Shown: in pieces, positions 47,628 to 55,277 of the stretch
Layout: every line of letters begins with the position of its first letter
Numbering within the stretch: the first letter of the stretch is position 1
IMG/VR virus record: IMGVR_UViG_3300033075_000927
Coordinates: 14,404-78,403 of that record
Length of the DNA: 64,000 nucleotides
From: a virus
Lineage: Duplodnaviria > Caudoviricetes
Reading direction: 5' to 3' (one strand)
Translations under genes and position numbers: made by a program
Notes under the pieces: generated by a model
Databases searched by the model: none
Told to the model about the DNA's origin: nothing
What the model saw: only the letters and a program-made list of their open reading frames with translations

Positions 47628-49295
47628 TCACGTTTTCAACCGGAAGCTCGAAACCAATGCCACGCCCGCCCCTGCCGTCCACGAACCAGCAGTCCCTCTT
47701 AGCAGGCATGCAGTCAGCAAATACATAGTACCGAAATGGTAGTGGTCCGAGCCGTCAGTCTTTTGCCAGTTCCAGACTAAGTCATCCTTAACAAAAGACT
47801 GCACGCGCTTCAGTGACAGCAGCTGGCTGATGTACTTCCCTGATTCTGGGCTGCGTGCTATGACTGCTTTTCCGTTCTTAAACAGCTCAAGGAGCTTATC
47901 GAGCATTGCAGTCCGGTTAATCTTCACCATCCGAAGGTTAAGTTTGCCCTCCTCGCTATCTTCAGCCTTTAGTTGCGTTGTAAATAGCTCTGTCGTCTTG
48001 CTGGTAGTAAATATCCCTGCCCAAGCGTTCGGGTCACGGTCTGTAATCTTTGATACTAGGAAGGTCTCTGGCATGATGTCAAGCACCGTGACTACCACTC
48101 GGTACTCTCTACTCAGCTCAGACTTTCTAACCTCAAGGTTTCCAAGTGGGACCATCTCCTTGTGTACAACCAGCAGGGTTCCGTCCTGTGTCAGTCTACC
48201 GATAGTCACTGCACAAAGCTGACCGATGTCAACTCCCATGCAATGCAGCTCGGAACTATCAAGAGGGGAAGTGGTGAACGCTCGCTCAAGGTCTGATAGC
48301 GTCATCTGCTGAGACTCTTCCTCAGAAACCTCTCCCAGAACTTGGTTTACGAACTCAGACCGCGTGTTAAACTCTACCGATGAACTTACCAGGTACGACG
48401 GCTTCAGCACTGTGTGCGCAGTTACAGGCCCTACATAGTAAGTAGCAGCCTCGTAGTTGTCGTTAGGGTTCTCAGCCACCCACTGCAGCCTGTCGTTTGA
48501 TAGCACAGGATCTCTGTGGCACTCTGGACAATTCCAGCGTGCCTCTTTCCAGCGGACATCCTTAAGGTTCAGCCTGTCAAGTTCTTGCAGCGGTCTATCG
48601 TATTCCGGTACTACGATGTCGTTCCAGTAATTTGGTAGGTAGGTGTGCCCGCAATGCACACAGGTGCAGAAATGCTTGTAGCGCACACTTGCCTCTGCCT
48701 CCTTTGCGATACCGTAGCCTGCTATAGTGGGCGTCGAAAATTGACGAATTAGCCTGTGAGGTGAGGCCTGAAGACGTGATCGAAATTGTTTGAGGGTATC
48801 TGGGTCTGATCTGTCAATCTCATCTGCCACTAACAGATCGGCGGAAACAGAAAGCGCCGCTGTTTCTGACCTAGTTCCGCGAGTAAATAGAAAATTACCA
48901 TTAATTTCCTTCAATTCCGTAGAGTCCACGTTCACATTTAGCAGACGCTTCAGTTCTGGAGTGTTGTAAATAATGGGGTTTAGTTTAGTGGTAACTAATT
49001 TTGCAGCGTCGTTTGCTGATGGCAGGGCGTAGATAACATTCATTCGCTGCGTAGCCATCACAGATAGCAGGTAGGCCATAGTGGTCGTTGTTAAACCGAT
49101 TTGGGCGCACTTTACAGTGTTGACTACTCTCGACTCATTGTCCATGATAGCTCTTTGGAACTCATAACCCTTAAAACTAAACCGTTTACCCTCCAAATAA
49201 GCGTACTTCTCCACCCAGTTACTTAAAGATGTGAGAGAATACGTGTCAGCAACGCCTTCCTGAAGCCTCTCAAGGTGGTCAAGGTAGTAGCTCAT
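47628..49295 (-). CDS. terL: terminase large subunit (GpA-like)
   Basis: VKCAQIGLTT, ADEID, FSTPT, CVHCG/CPECH zinc ribbon, GVDIG, DHY. Confidence 0.9.
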   Translation of the reverse strand: MSYYLDHLERLQEGVADTYSLTSLSNWVEKYAYLEGKRFSFKGYEFQRAIMDNESRVVNTVKCAQIGLTTTTMAYLLSVMATQRMNVIYALPSANDAAKLVTTKLNPIIYNTPELKRLLNVNVDSTELKEINGNFLFTRGTRSETAALSVSADLLVADEIDRSDPDTLKQFRSRLQASPHRLIRQFSTPTIAGYGIAKEAEASVRYKHFCTCVHCGHTYLPNYWNDIVVPEYDRPLQELDRLNLKDVRWKEARWNCPECHRDPVLSNDRLQWVAENPNDNYEAATYYVGPVTAHTVLKPSYLVSSSVEFNTRSEFVNQVLGEVSEEESQQMTLSDLERAFTTSPLDSSELHCMGVDIGQLCAVTIGRLTQDGTLLVVHKEMVPLGNLEVRKSELSREYRVVVTVLDIMPETFLVSKITDRDPNAWAGIFTTSKTTELFTTQLKAEDSEEGKLNLRMVKINRTAMLDKLLELFKNGKAVIARSPESGKYISQLLSLKRVQSFVKDDLVWNWQKTDGSDHYHFGTMYLLTACLLRGTAGSWTAGAGVALVSSFRLKT

Positions 49296-49759
49296 TCTCC
49301 GCCTCCAAGTTTCTCAAGTTCGACCTTGTAGTCTTCCAAAAACGCCGTAGAAAGCTCAGGATGCCGTTTAAGAACCTTCAACAACACACTTTCAAGTGTT
49401 CGGACCCGCTCTGCTGAGTAGATGTCTGTGCGCTGCTTAACCATAGCAGTCAGCACTGTATTAAGGGCCCCAATAATCTGCGCCTTTTGATTCAGCGGTG
49501 TTTCCGAGTCATTAACGCATGAATCAAGCAAGGTTTTGGCGATCCTGAAGGCGTGTTCAAGTTCCACCCCTATGTCAATATCCTTCAACTCTACAGGCTC
49601 TGCTGACTTAGGCAGCACTACCCCGGCACCCAAGTCCCTGTCCTTAAGGTGCGGATACTTCTCGCGCAGGGACGGAGGCGCTGGCGCTGGTTGCGCTGCT
49701 GCTGAGCTTGGGCGCGTGACGACCAGGGTGGGGTTTGTGTGTTTGGTTGGTGTGCTCAT
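49292..49759 (-). CDS. putative terminase small subunit
   Basis: Helical 155-aa ORF coupled to terL. Confidence 0.6.
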   Translation of the reverse strand: MSTPTKHTNPTLVVTRPSSAAAQPAPAPPSLREKYPHLKDRDLGAGVVLPKSAEPVELKDIDIGVELEHAFRIAKTLLDSCVNDSETPLNQKAQIIGALNTVLTAMVKQRTDIYSAERVRTLESVLLKVLKRHPELSTAFLEDYKVELEKLGGGE

Positions 49760-50157
49760 TTCTTCGCTCCTTGCAGGATTTTCAACTCGGCCAGCGACTG
49801 GACATTCGAGACCTTCAGCACCAGGCGGCGCATGCAGGAATAGCTGCAGCAGGCCCGGTCAGCCGCCTCTTTCAAGCTCGTCAGGCCGTCGCGCACAAGT
49901 TCCGCCTGGAAGGCCCTCAAGCTGTCCCGTGTGGCGCGGCGCGTGCGCTTGTCCTCCAATGGGCGCTTGCCAGGAAAGGTCTTGCCCACCCACTTCTCGC
50001 TGACTTCGTACTTGCGTGCGAACTCCCTGGTGGTCACCCGCCTGTTGTAGAGGTCAACCAAGTCGTTGGGATCGACCCTGGAGACAAGTTTTCGGGGCCT
50101 GGCGGGGTCGGGTCCAGGCCAGGTGGTGGGGGTGGGGTGGAGGAAGTGGGCGCTCAT
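49756..50157 (-). CDS. putative HTH DNA-binding protein
   Basis: TTREFARKYEVSEKWV and SLKEAADRACCSYS HTH-like segments. Confidence 0.55.
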   Translation of the reverse strand: MSAHFLHPTPTTWPGPDPARPRKLVSRVDPNDLVDLYNRRVTTREFARKYEVSEKWVGKTFPGKRPLEDKRTRRATRDSLRAFQAELVRDGLTSLKEAADRACCSYSCMRRLVLKVSNVQSLAELKILQGAKK

Positions 50158-50485
50158 GGGCGGGATTGTACTGGTTTTTTCGGTTTTGGATGGGTGGTTG
50201 GTGGCGGTGTAGTTAGCATGTTTAGTTATTAGGTTTTAGTTAGTAGTCGAAGTTTTGAGTTGAAATTTATATGGGGAGGTGGGGCGAGACATGCGGCCTG
50301 TAAGTTTCGTGCAATATAGGCCATACGTCTAGCTTGTCAACCATACCCTACCATTTCACTAGGTTGTAATCTACCTGTAAGCCCACCATGTTAGGCATGT
50401 AGTACCTGACCATTCTAGTGGGCTTGTCAGTGTCGTGTAAGTTTTGCATGCTATTCGCGCATGCTCGCGCATTTATTCATCTAGT

Positions 50486-50534
50486 TGTGAGGTGTGAGGT
50501 GTGAGGTGTGAGGTGTGAGGTGTGAGGTGTGTGG
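50486..50534 (+). repeat. (TGTGAGG)6 plus one degenerate heptamer
   Basis: Direct reading; in non-coding DNA upstream of the packaging genes. Confidence 0.95.
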
Positions 50535-50648
50535 TGGCGCTACCTAGCAGCTAAGTCAGAGTAATCTAGTCGGATATTAGTGTTGGAGGCTTGCTTTACT
50601 ATGCTAGAATCTAGCCATGCACTTAAAATAGTAAGTGCAACTGGTGAC

Positions 50649-50701
50649 ACTGCCCATAGTGGGCAGTATGCTATAATGTGATCACGCGCCCATAGTGGGC
50701 G
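50649..50701 (+). promoter_or_regulatory. extended -10 promoter TGCTATAAT flanked by two GCCCA-TAG-TGGGC palindromes
   Basis: ACTGCCCA-TAG-TGGGCAGT 50649-50667; -10 50672-50677; CGCCCA-TAG-TGGGCG 50687-50701. Confidence 0.7.
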
Positions 50702-50718
50702 CATTTTAGGAGTTCAGA

Positions 50719-50919
50719 ATGTCCACTGCCACCACTGCCACCACTGCCACCACTGCCACCGTTATATTTTCTAAAATCAAGTTCGACAGTGACGAGCGTA
50801 TCTATTTGGACGTTGCAGACAATGACGAGTATGCGGATTGTGCATATGCACAGTCATACACTGAAGGGCGCAAAGGGGCTTGCAACTACTGCGCATGCCA
50901 ATATTACTGTAAGCAATAA
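50719..50919 (+). CDS. small acidic Cys-rich protein with (CCACTGCCA)4 repeat
   Basis: RBS taggag; 9-bp repeat 50723-50758 encodes TAT repeats. Confidence 0.6.
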   Translation: MSTATTATTATTATVIFSKIKFDSDERIYLDVADNDEYADCAYAQSYTEGRKGACNYCACQYYCKQ

Positions 50920-50926
50920 TCCACTG

Positions 50927-51009
50927 TGCGCCAATAGGCGCATGAAAGAGCCTTACCAAATAGGGCTCTTTCATATGCTATAATTAGCATATGCCCCGTA
51001 GTAGGGGCA
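50927..51009 (+). promoter_or_regulatory. chain of four abutting palindromes containing a second TGCTATAAT promoter
   Basis: TGCGCC/GGCGCA; ATGAAAGAGCC/GGCTCTTTCAT; CATATGCTA-taat-TAGCATATG; TGCCCC/GGGGCA. Confidence 0.65.
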
Positions 51010-51081
51010 AACGGTGACACTGTGAACCAGTGTCTTATGGGAAACTGCGCCTATTTTGTGGCGCACATTCTAGGAACTATC

Positions 51082-51843
51082 ATGGCTAACAATCTCTTCA
51101 ATGCTATCCGTATCGCGCACCGTTCACCCACTGCTATTTTGAACTTGCTGGTGGAGTCCTACGGCAAGGATTACACCACCTTCGCCACCGGCAATAACCG
51201 TGGGCCACTGGAGGAGGCCGTAAAAATTCTGACTGGCTCCAAATTGGACAAAGCCCTGGGCCTTGCCATTTCTAAGGGTTACGAGGCCGGGGGGTTGACT
51301 ACTGGCTACATTGGCTCGGTTAGCGGAAAGTATTCCGTTCAATCCCCCGAAATTCATGCAAAATACGATGAAGCTATTGAAAAGGCAACATCGGCTTTCC
51401 GTGTTTGCATGATTGATTCTGAACTGTTCACGGAAAAGCCAGAATTGTCCAAAGAAGAAAAGCAAAAGGCAAAAGAGGAACGCGAAGCCAAAAAAGCCGA
51501 AGCCGAAGCCGAAGCCAAAAAGGCCATTATCAATGCGGCTGTAATCGCCGGCGAAATTGTCATGGCTAAGGATGTTCACCCCGTGCCGGATACTTTTGAA
51601 ATGGTTACCATTATCTACAACAAGATTGTGGCCGGTCTGTTGACAAGTAAGGAGGAGGACTTGTTGTTTAATGGTATTGTTGACCGCATGGATTTAGGCG
51701 TGCTGCAACTGGTGCAAAAGCGTATCGCTAATGAAATAGCTGCCAAAGTTGCACCAGTGGCCCCTACGGTGGCAGAAGGCAAAAAAGCCAAAGCCAAAAA
51801 ATCCGCGCCAGTGGCAACAGTTGCCGATACAGTGACGGCATAA
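51082..51843 (+). CDS. hypothetical Lys/Glu/Ala-rich early protein (253 aa)
   Basis: RBS tagga; atypical AT-rich codon usage. Confidence 0.75.
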   Translation: MANNLFNAIRIAHRSPTAILNLLVESYGKDYTTFATGNNRGPLEEAVKILTGSKLDKALGLAISKGYEAGGLTTGYIGSVSGKYSVQSPEIHAKYDEAIEKATSAFRVCMIDSELFTEKPELSKEEKQKAKEEREAKKAEAEAEAKKAIINAAVIAGEIVMAKDVHPVPDTFEMVTIIYNKIVAGLLTSKEEDLLFNGIVDRMDLGVLQLVQKRIANEIAAKVAPVAPTVAEGKKAKAKKSAPVATVADTVTA

Positions 51844-51849
51844 CATACC

Positions 51850-51942
51850 GGGAGAGGCTTAACCTCTCCCCTTATCTGGTGCGCCTAGTGTAGGCGCACC
51901 AGATAAGGGGTATTTACCCCGAAGGGCAGTCGTAAAATGCCC
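51850..51942. other. interlocking hairpin chain including a perfect 20-bp stem
   Basis: GGGAGAGG/CCTCTCCC; CCCCTTATCTGGTGCGCCTA-gtg-TAGGCGCACCAGATAAGGGG; GGGGTA/TACCCC; GGGCA/TGCCC. Confidence 0.85.
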
Positions 51943-52386
51943 ATCGTGTGAGATATATCTGACATACGTGTCTTATATGTCTAACATGTGATCTTTAACC
52001 CTATGCCCACGGCATGGGATGATGTTAGATTGTAGGTTTGTTGTTCACCCTGCTAATGCGGGCCACATACGTGTGGTACGCAATTTTAGGTCACTGTGCA
52101 GCATGCTGGCGACACTCTGACATGGTAAGGGTAGGGCTTAGAAACTGCGCACCAGTTAATCGGGCACTATACCGCCAAACAATGCAACACTTGCATTGTT
52201 CCCTGACATAAGGGACATAACCCCATGATGACAATGACGCATACAACGTAAGCCCAGGCTTGCAGCGTGTGAACCACCAAGAAAATGGAGTGGGTAATCT
52301 GTTTTATGTCTCCGCCTGACAAGCGGGTAACGCCATCGCACAAGGCGTGTATTGTGTGCTTGCCGGGCTTTGAAGCCCGGTTCTAG

Positions 52387-52894
52387 TTGCGGGATAGAGT
52401 TCGCAACGCCGTACCCCTGCCCGGCGATAGGCAGGCCACCAGCACTGGTTAGACCCTTGCGGCACAGTGCTGTATTCCATATCGCGTTCACGTACTTGCG
52501 GGGCCATTCTGTGGCCCTTTGCGGGTTACGTTGCGGTATCGGTCAACCGCGCACCTCCCTGACGGGGCAGGTGTACCTGTGTCCAGTCAGTCACTGGAAT
52601 CCCATTCAAGTCTGCGGCCCACCTTGCGGGTGCCTTTCTGGGCACTTTGCGGGTGTGGTCGCTTGTCAAGACGCGAACTGCACCCCATCGTCTTGCGGTG
52701 AGGTGTGGTGCGTGCCTTGCGGCCCCAGCTGGCCTGACGCTGGTGGCCTTTCACTTGCGGGCGAGGTCAGCGCACCTCCGCCCTGTTTGCGGCCTCCACG
52801 GGCCGTTTTGCGTCCCTTTGCGGGCATTTTTTGGAGAATTTCATGTCACTGGTCGTTGTTTTTCATCAAGCGAGCGAGATCGTCCCTGTTGCGG
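52387..52894 (+). repeat. cluster of 13 same-strand TTGCGG motifs
   Basis: At 52387, 52457, 52496, 52519, 52531, 52624, 52647, 52693, 52717, 52755, 52787, 52818, 52889. Confidence 0.85.
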
Positions 52895-52974
52895 ACGAAT
52901 TCACAATCACGAACGAGGGTGAGGCAGCCCTGTACGTCGAGCTTCCAGACGTTGACCTGGACGAGATGCCATGA
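52843..52974 (+). CDS. small acidic protein (43 aa)
   Basis: RBS ggaga; translated by hand. Confidence 0.55.
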   Translation: MSLVVVFHQASEIVPVADEFTITNEGEAALYVELPDVDLDEMP

Positions 52975-53069
52975 AGCGCCGCCCCTTGCCCGATAACGCT
53001 GAAACCATGTTCCAGATGGTTGCGGCCATCGTGTGTTTCAGCCTGATTGGCGTACTGCTGGCGCTGTAA
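52971..53069 (+). CDS. small membrane peptide (32 aa)
   Basis: ATGA overlap; C-terminal hydrophobic helix. Confidence 0.5.
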   Translation: MKRRPLPDNAETMFQMVAAIVCFSLIGVLLAL

Positions 53070-53227
53070 GCGTCGGTGGTGAGGTTTGCAGGCCTCTCCG
53101 ACAGTTCCTGTCCCAGCGGCTTCTAACGAGGCTGCTGTTGCGGGCGCTGTCGGTATTTCGTTCGTAAGCGTTTATGCAAGTCCATTTCGCTGTGGGCTTG
53201 CGTGCTGCGCTTGTGTCTGCTCAATGC

Positions 53228-53254
53228 AAAACGGCCCTGTTATGGGCCGTTTTT
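53228..53254. terminator. bidirectional terminator
   Basis: AAAACGGCCC-tgttat-GGGCCGTTTT between convergent genes. Confidence 0.75.
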
Positions 53255-53268
53255 GCGTTAGTGGTGGG

Positions 53269-54153
53269 TTACTTTGCCAGCAGTAACTGGTTCAGGTTCG
53301 CTGACCCGCTCCATGTTGCAGTCGTTTGGCCTGTTACGCGGTTCAACGACATGTTGATATGGTTTCTTGCGAAGGCTTTTGCGGCTGATACTGGGGCGCT
53401 GACCTCCGAAGTCAGGTGTGTAACAAACACCGGATTGGTCACCAGGGAATACGGCATGTATTTCATGCGCCAGTTCAGGGATACGGCTTCAAGTTCCTCT
53501 GGCGTAGGCTCTGGCAAGGGCTTCTTGCCTGCCTGCTTGCGGGCAGCTACAAGTTCTTTCAGGTAGCTCTGTGCAAGTTCTTCAACAGCTGCCCAGGATT
53601 GGTGCTGATCGTAGTCTGACACTTCGCCCAGCATTTCCAGCATGCCGATAAGGTCTGGTCTGCCGTACTTGCGCAAGAGTTGGACAGTGAGGCGTTTGAT
53701 TCCTTCAGGGCCGTGGCCTGCCTTGCAGGCGAGAATGTCCATGATGGCAATGTCTTGCTTCAACATGTTGAAGTTGACGCTATCAAGGGCTTTGTAGTTC
53801 TCGACAGCTCTTTCGGCTGCGCCCTCTATCAGGTCTTTGAGGACTTGCGGGGCGATGTATTGGCCATTGACCTGGGTCTCAAGCTCTTGCCAGCGGTCAA
53901 TGATCTTGGCACGCATCGTTACGCTGTAACCAGTGATCAGGATGTAGGTCTCTCGCTTGGGCAGAGTGAAGAACTCATACTCGTTCCCTCTCTCCGTTTT
54001 GTACGCTCCTGAAAAGTCAGGAGCGTGGAGTTCGAGATCAGACATCATCTGCCGAATGTCGGCCATGACGTTATCGTGGCGCTTGCCGGTCAGCTCAGCG
54101 ATTTCGCGACTGGTCATGGTGAGGGTTTCGGGAATCATGGAAAGTTCGGACAT
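53269..54153 (-). CDS. rha: Rha-family phage regulatory protein
   Basis: MTSREIAELTGKRHDNVMADIR...Y..ERGNEY..F.LPKRET.ILITGYS..MRAKIIDRWQELE. Confidence 0.9.
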   Translation of the reverse strand: MSELSMIPETLTMTSREIAELTGKRHDNVMADIRQMMSDLELHAPDFSGAYKTERGNEYEFFTLPKRETYILITGYSVTMRAKIIDRWQELETQVNGQYIAPQVLKDLIEGAAERAVENYKALDSVNFNMLKQDIAIMDILACKAGHGPEGIKRLTVQLLRKYGRPDLIGMLEMLGEVSDYDQHQSWAAVEELAQSYLKELVAARKQAGKKPLPEPTPEELEAVSLNWRMKYMPYSLVTNPVFVTHLTSEVSAPVSAAKAFARNHINMSLNRVTGQTTATWSGSANLNQLLLAK

Positions 54154-54165
54154 TTTGCTCTTTCT

Positions 54166-54300
54166 AAAGGCAAAAGACCTCACCTGCGTCCTCACCACTT
54201 TCGTGGAGTTGGCAGAACGGTCGCAACAACCGCCAGGACGCATGTGAGGTCTCTGTTGCGTGGATTTGCTCCCTGCCAAGGGAGTGCGTGGATTATACCA
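54166..54300 (-). ncRNA. structured leader RNA element C (C4/c4-a1b1-like) upstream of rha
   Basis: TGGTATAAT promoter; nested stems AGACCTCAC/GTGAGGTCT and TGCGTCCT/AGGACGCA; cross-complementary CGCAACA/TGTTGCG and TTGGCAG/CTGCCAA; U-tract. Confidence 0.65.
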
Positions 54301-54306
54301 GAAAGC

Positions 54307-54334
54307 GAGCTCGGCTGAAAAGTCAGCCGAGCTC
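54307..54334. promoter_or_regulatory. operator-like palindrome over the rha -35 region
   Basis: GAGCTCGGCTGA-aaag-TCAGCCGAGCTC; core CTGAAAAGTCAG also at 54009-54020 inside rha. Confidence 0.6.
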
Positions 54335-54412
54335 CTGTAGGGGGGTGGTGTCGAGATATTCCGCCAATGGCGGAATATCAAACCCTCACTCGCCTGAAAA
54401 CTCAGGCCAGCA

Positions 54413-54438
54413 GGGTGTCCCCAAATTTGGGGACACCC
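54413..54438. repeat. perfect 26-bp palindrome
   Basis: GGGTGTCCCCAAATTTGGGGACACCC. Confidence 0.9.
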
Positions 54439-54513
54439 ACCCAAAACCCCAGACTTGATAGCACACAAGCGTTATCAAGCGTGCGGTTTTGCACGACTTT
54501 ATGGAGAACCCAA

Positions 54514-54711
54514 ATGATCAGATTTTTCATCGCTCTCAACGCAGCCATCCTCACCCAGCTCAGCCCAGCTGAAGCGGCAGATGCCGCTGTCCAGCTCACC
54601 CAGGCTGAGCGCAGTGCCGGTTACGCCGTGCTGCTCGAAGATGAGGATGGCAGCGAGGTCGAAGTCGTTGGCGACTTCGACCTGATCCGTGCTGAAAGGC
54701 GTTGGGCTTGA
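54514..54711 (+). CDS. hypothetical protein
   Basis: RBS ggaga, ATG 54514. Confidence 0.6.
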   Translation: MIRFFIALNAAILTQLSPAEAADAAVQLTQAERSAGYAVLLEDEDGSEVEVVGDFDLIRAERRWA

Positions 54712-54760
54712 GAGCCCTCAGGCGTGCAGGGTGCCCAGGTGTACCCTGCGCATCAGAAAA

Positions 54761-54800
54761 CCGCTCAGCGGGCCGATTTGTGGCCTTGCTGGGCATTTTG
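54761..54800 (+). repeat. 40-bp conserved leader, copy 1
   Basis: 39/40 identical to 55229-55268; directly before the RBS. Confidence 0.9.
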
Positions 54801-54811
54801 TGGAGATAGAA

Positions 54812-55225
54812 ATGGCAACCGTGTTGAATTCCAACTTTGGCCCTTGGAGAGTGGCCACCGACTCCAACCACGAAAAGGTGGGGATCATCGACCAGCTGGG
54901 CAGGCCCTGCCTGCATTTTGAGGAGGATGGCCCCATCGAGGTCACCGCCATCTGCAAAAACAGCCCTGAAAACCTGGCCAGCCTGCAGCAGTGGGTAGCG
55001 CAGTGGAACGAGGAATTCCATAGCGGCAACCGTTGGCCAGTCACGGCCACGCCGCCTGAACTGCAGGCGTTGGAAGCGGTGTGGCCTTCAGGCCCTGTCG
55101 CGCAAATCCAGACCATCCTTGCCTTGGAGCCCGACAAGGCTGCTGAGGTGCTGGCGAGTGTTGGAAAGCTGGCCGACAAGGACATTCAACAGGTGCTTGA
55201 GCGCATGAGCACACAGGCAATGTGA
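54812..55225 (+). CDS. hypothetical protein
   Basis: ATG 54812 after GGAGA. Confidence 0.7.
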   Translation: MATVLNSNFGPWRVATDSNHEKVGIIDQLGRPCLHFEEDGPIEVTAICKNSPENLASLQQWVAQWNEEFHSGNRWPVTATPPELQALEAVWPSGPVAQIQTILALEPDKAAEVLASVGKLADKDIQQVLERMSTQAM

Positions 55226-55228
55226 AAC

Positions 55229-55268
55229 CCGCTCAGCGGGCCGATTTGGGGCCTTGCTGGGCATTTTG
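55229..55268 (+). repeat. 40-bp conserved leader, copy 2
   Basis: 39/40 identical to 54761-54800. Confidence 0.9.
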
Positions 55269-55277
55269 GAGAGCCAA

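Noticed and set aside
51850-52450. tRNA or tmRNA genes in the hairpin-rich region
   Set aside because: No cloverleaf with T-loop GTTCRA and D-loop consensus could be built by eye.
54413-54438. Protelomerase (telRL-like) site of a linear plasmid prophage
   Set aside because: No protelomerase, repA or parAB in the window, and the palindrome is shorter and GC-richer than known tel sites.
53269-54468. 399-aa Rha with long N-terminal extension as in the ORF track
   Set aside because: The extension runs through the promoter and leader RNA; the Rha domain and RBS fit ATG 54153.
54761-55268. Mini-CRISPR array from the 40-bp repeats
   Set aside because: The spacer is 428 bp and contains a gene; there are no regular short spacers or cas genes.
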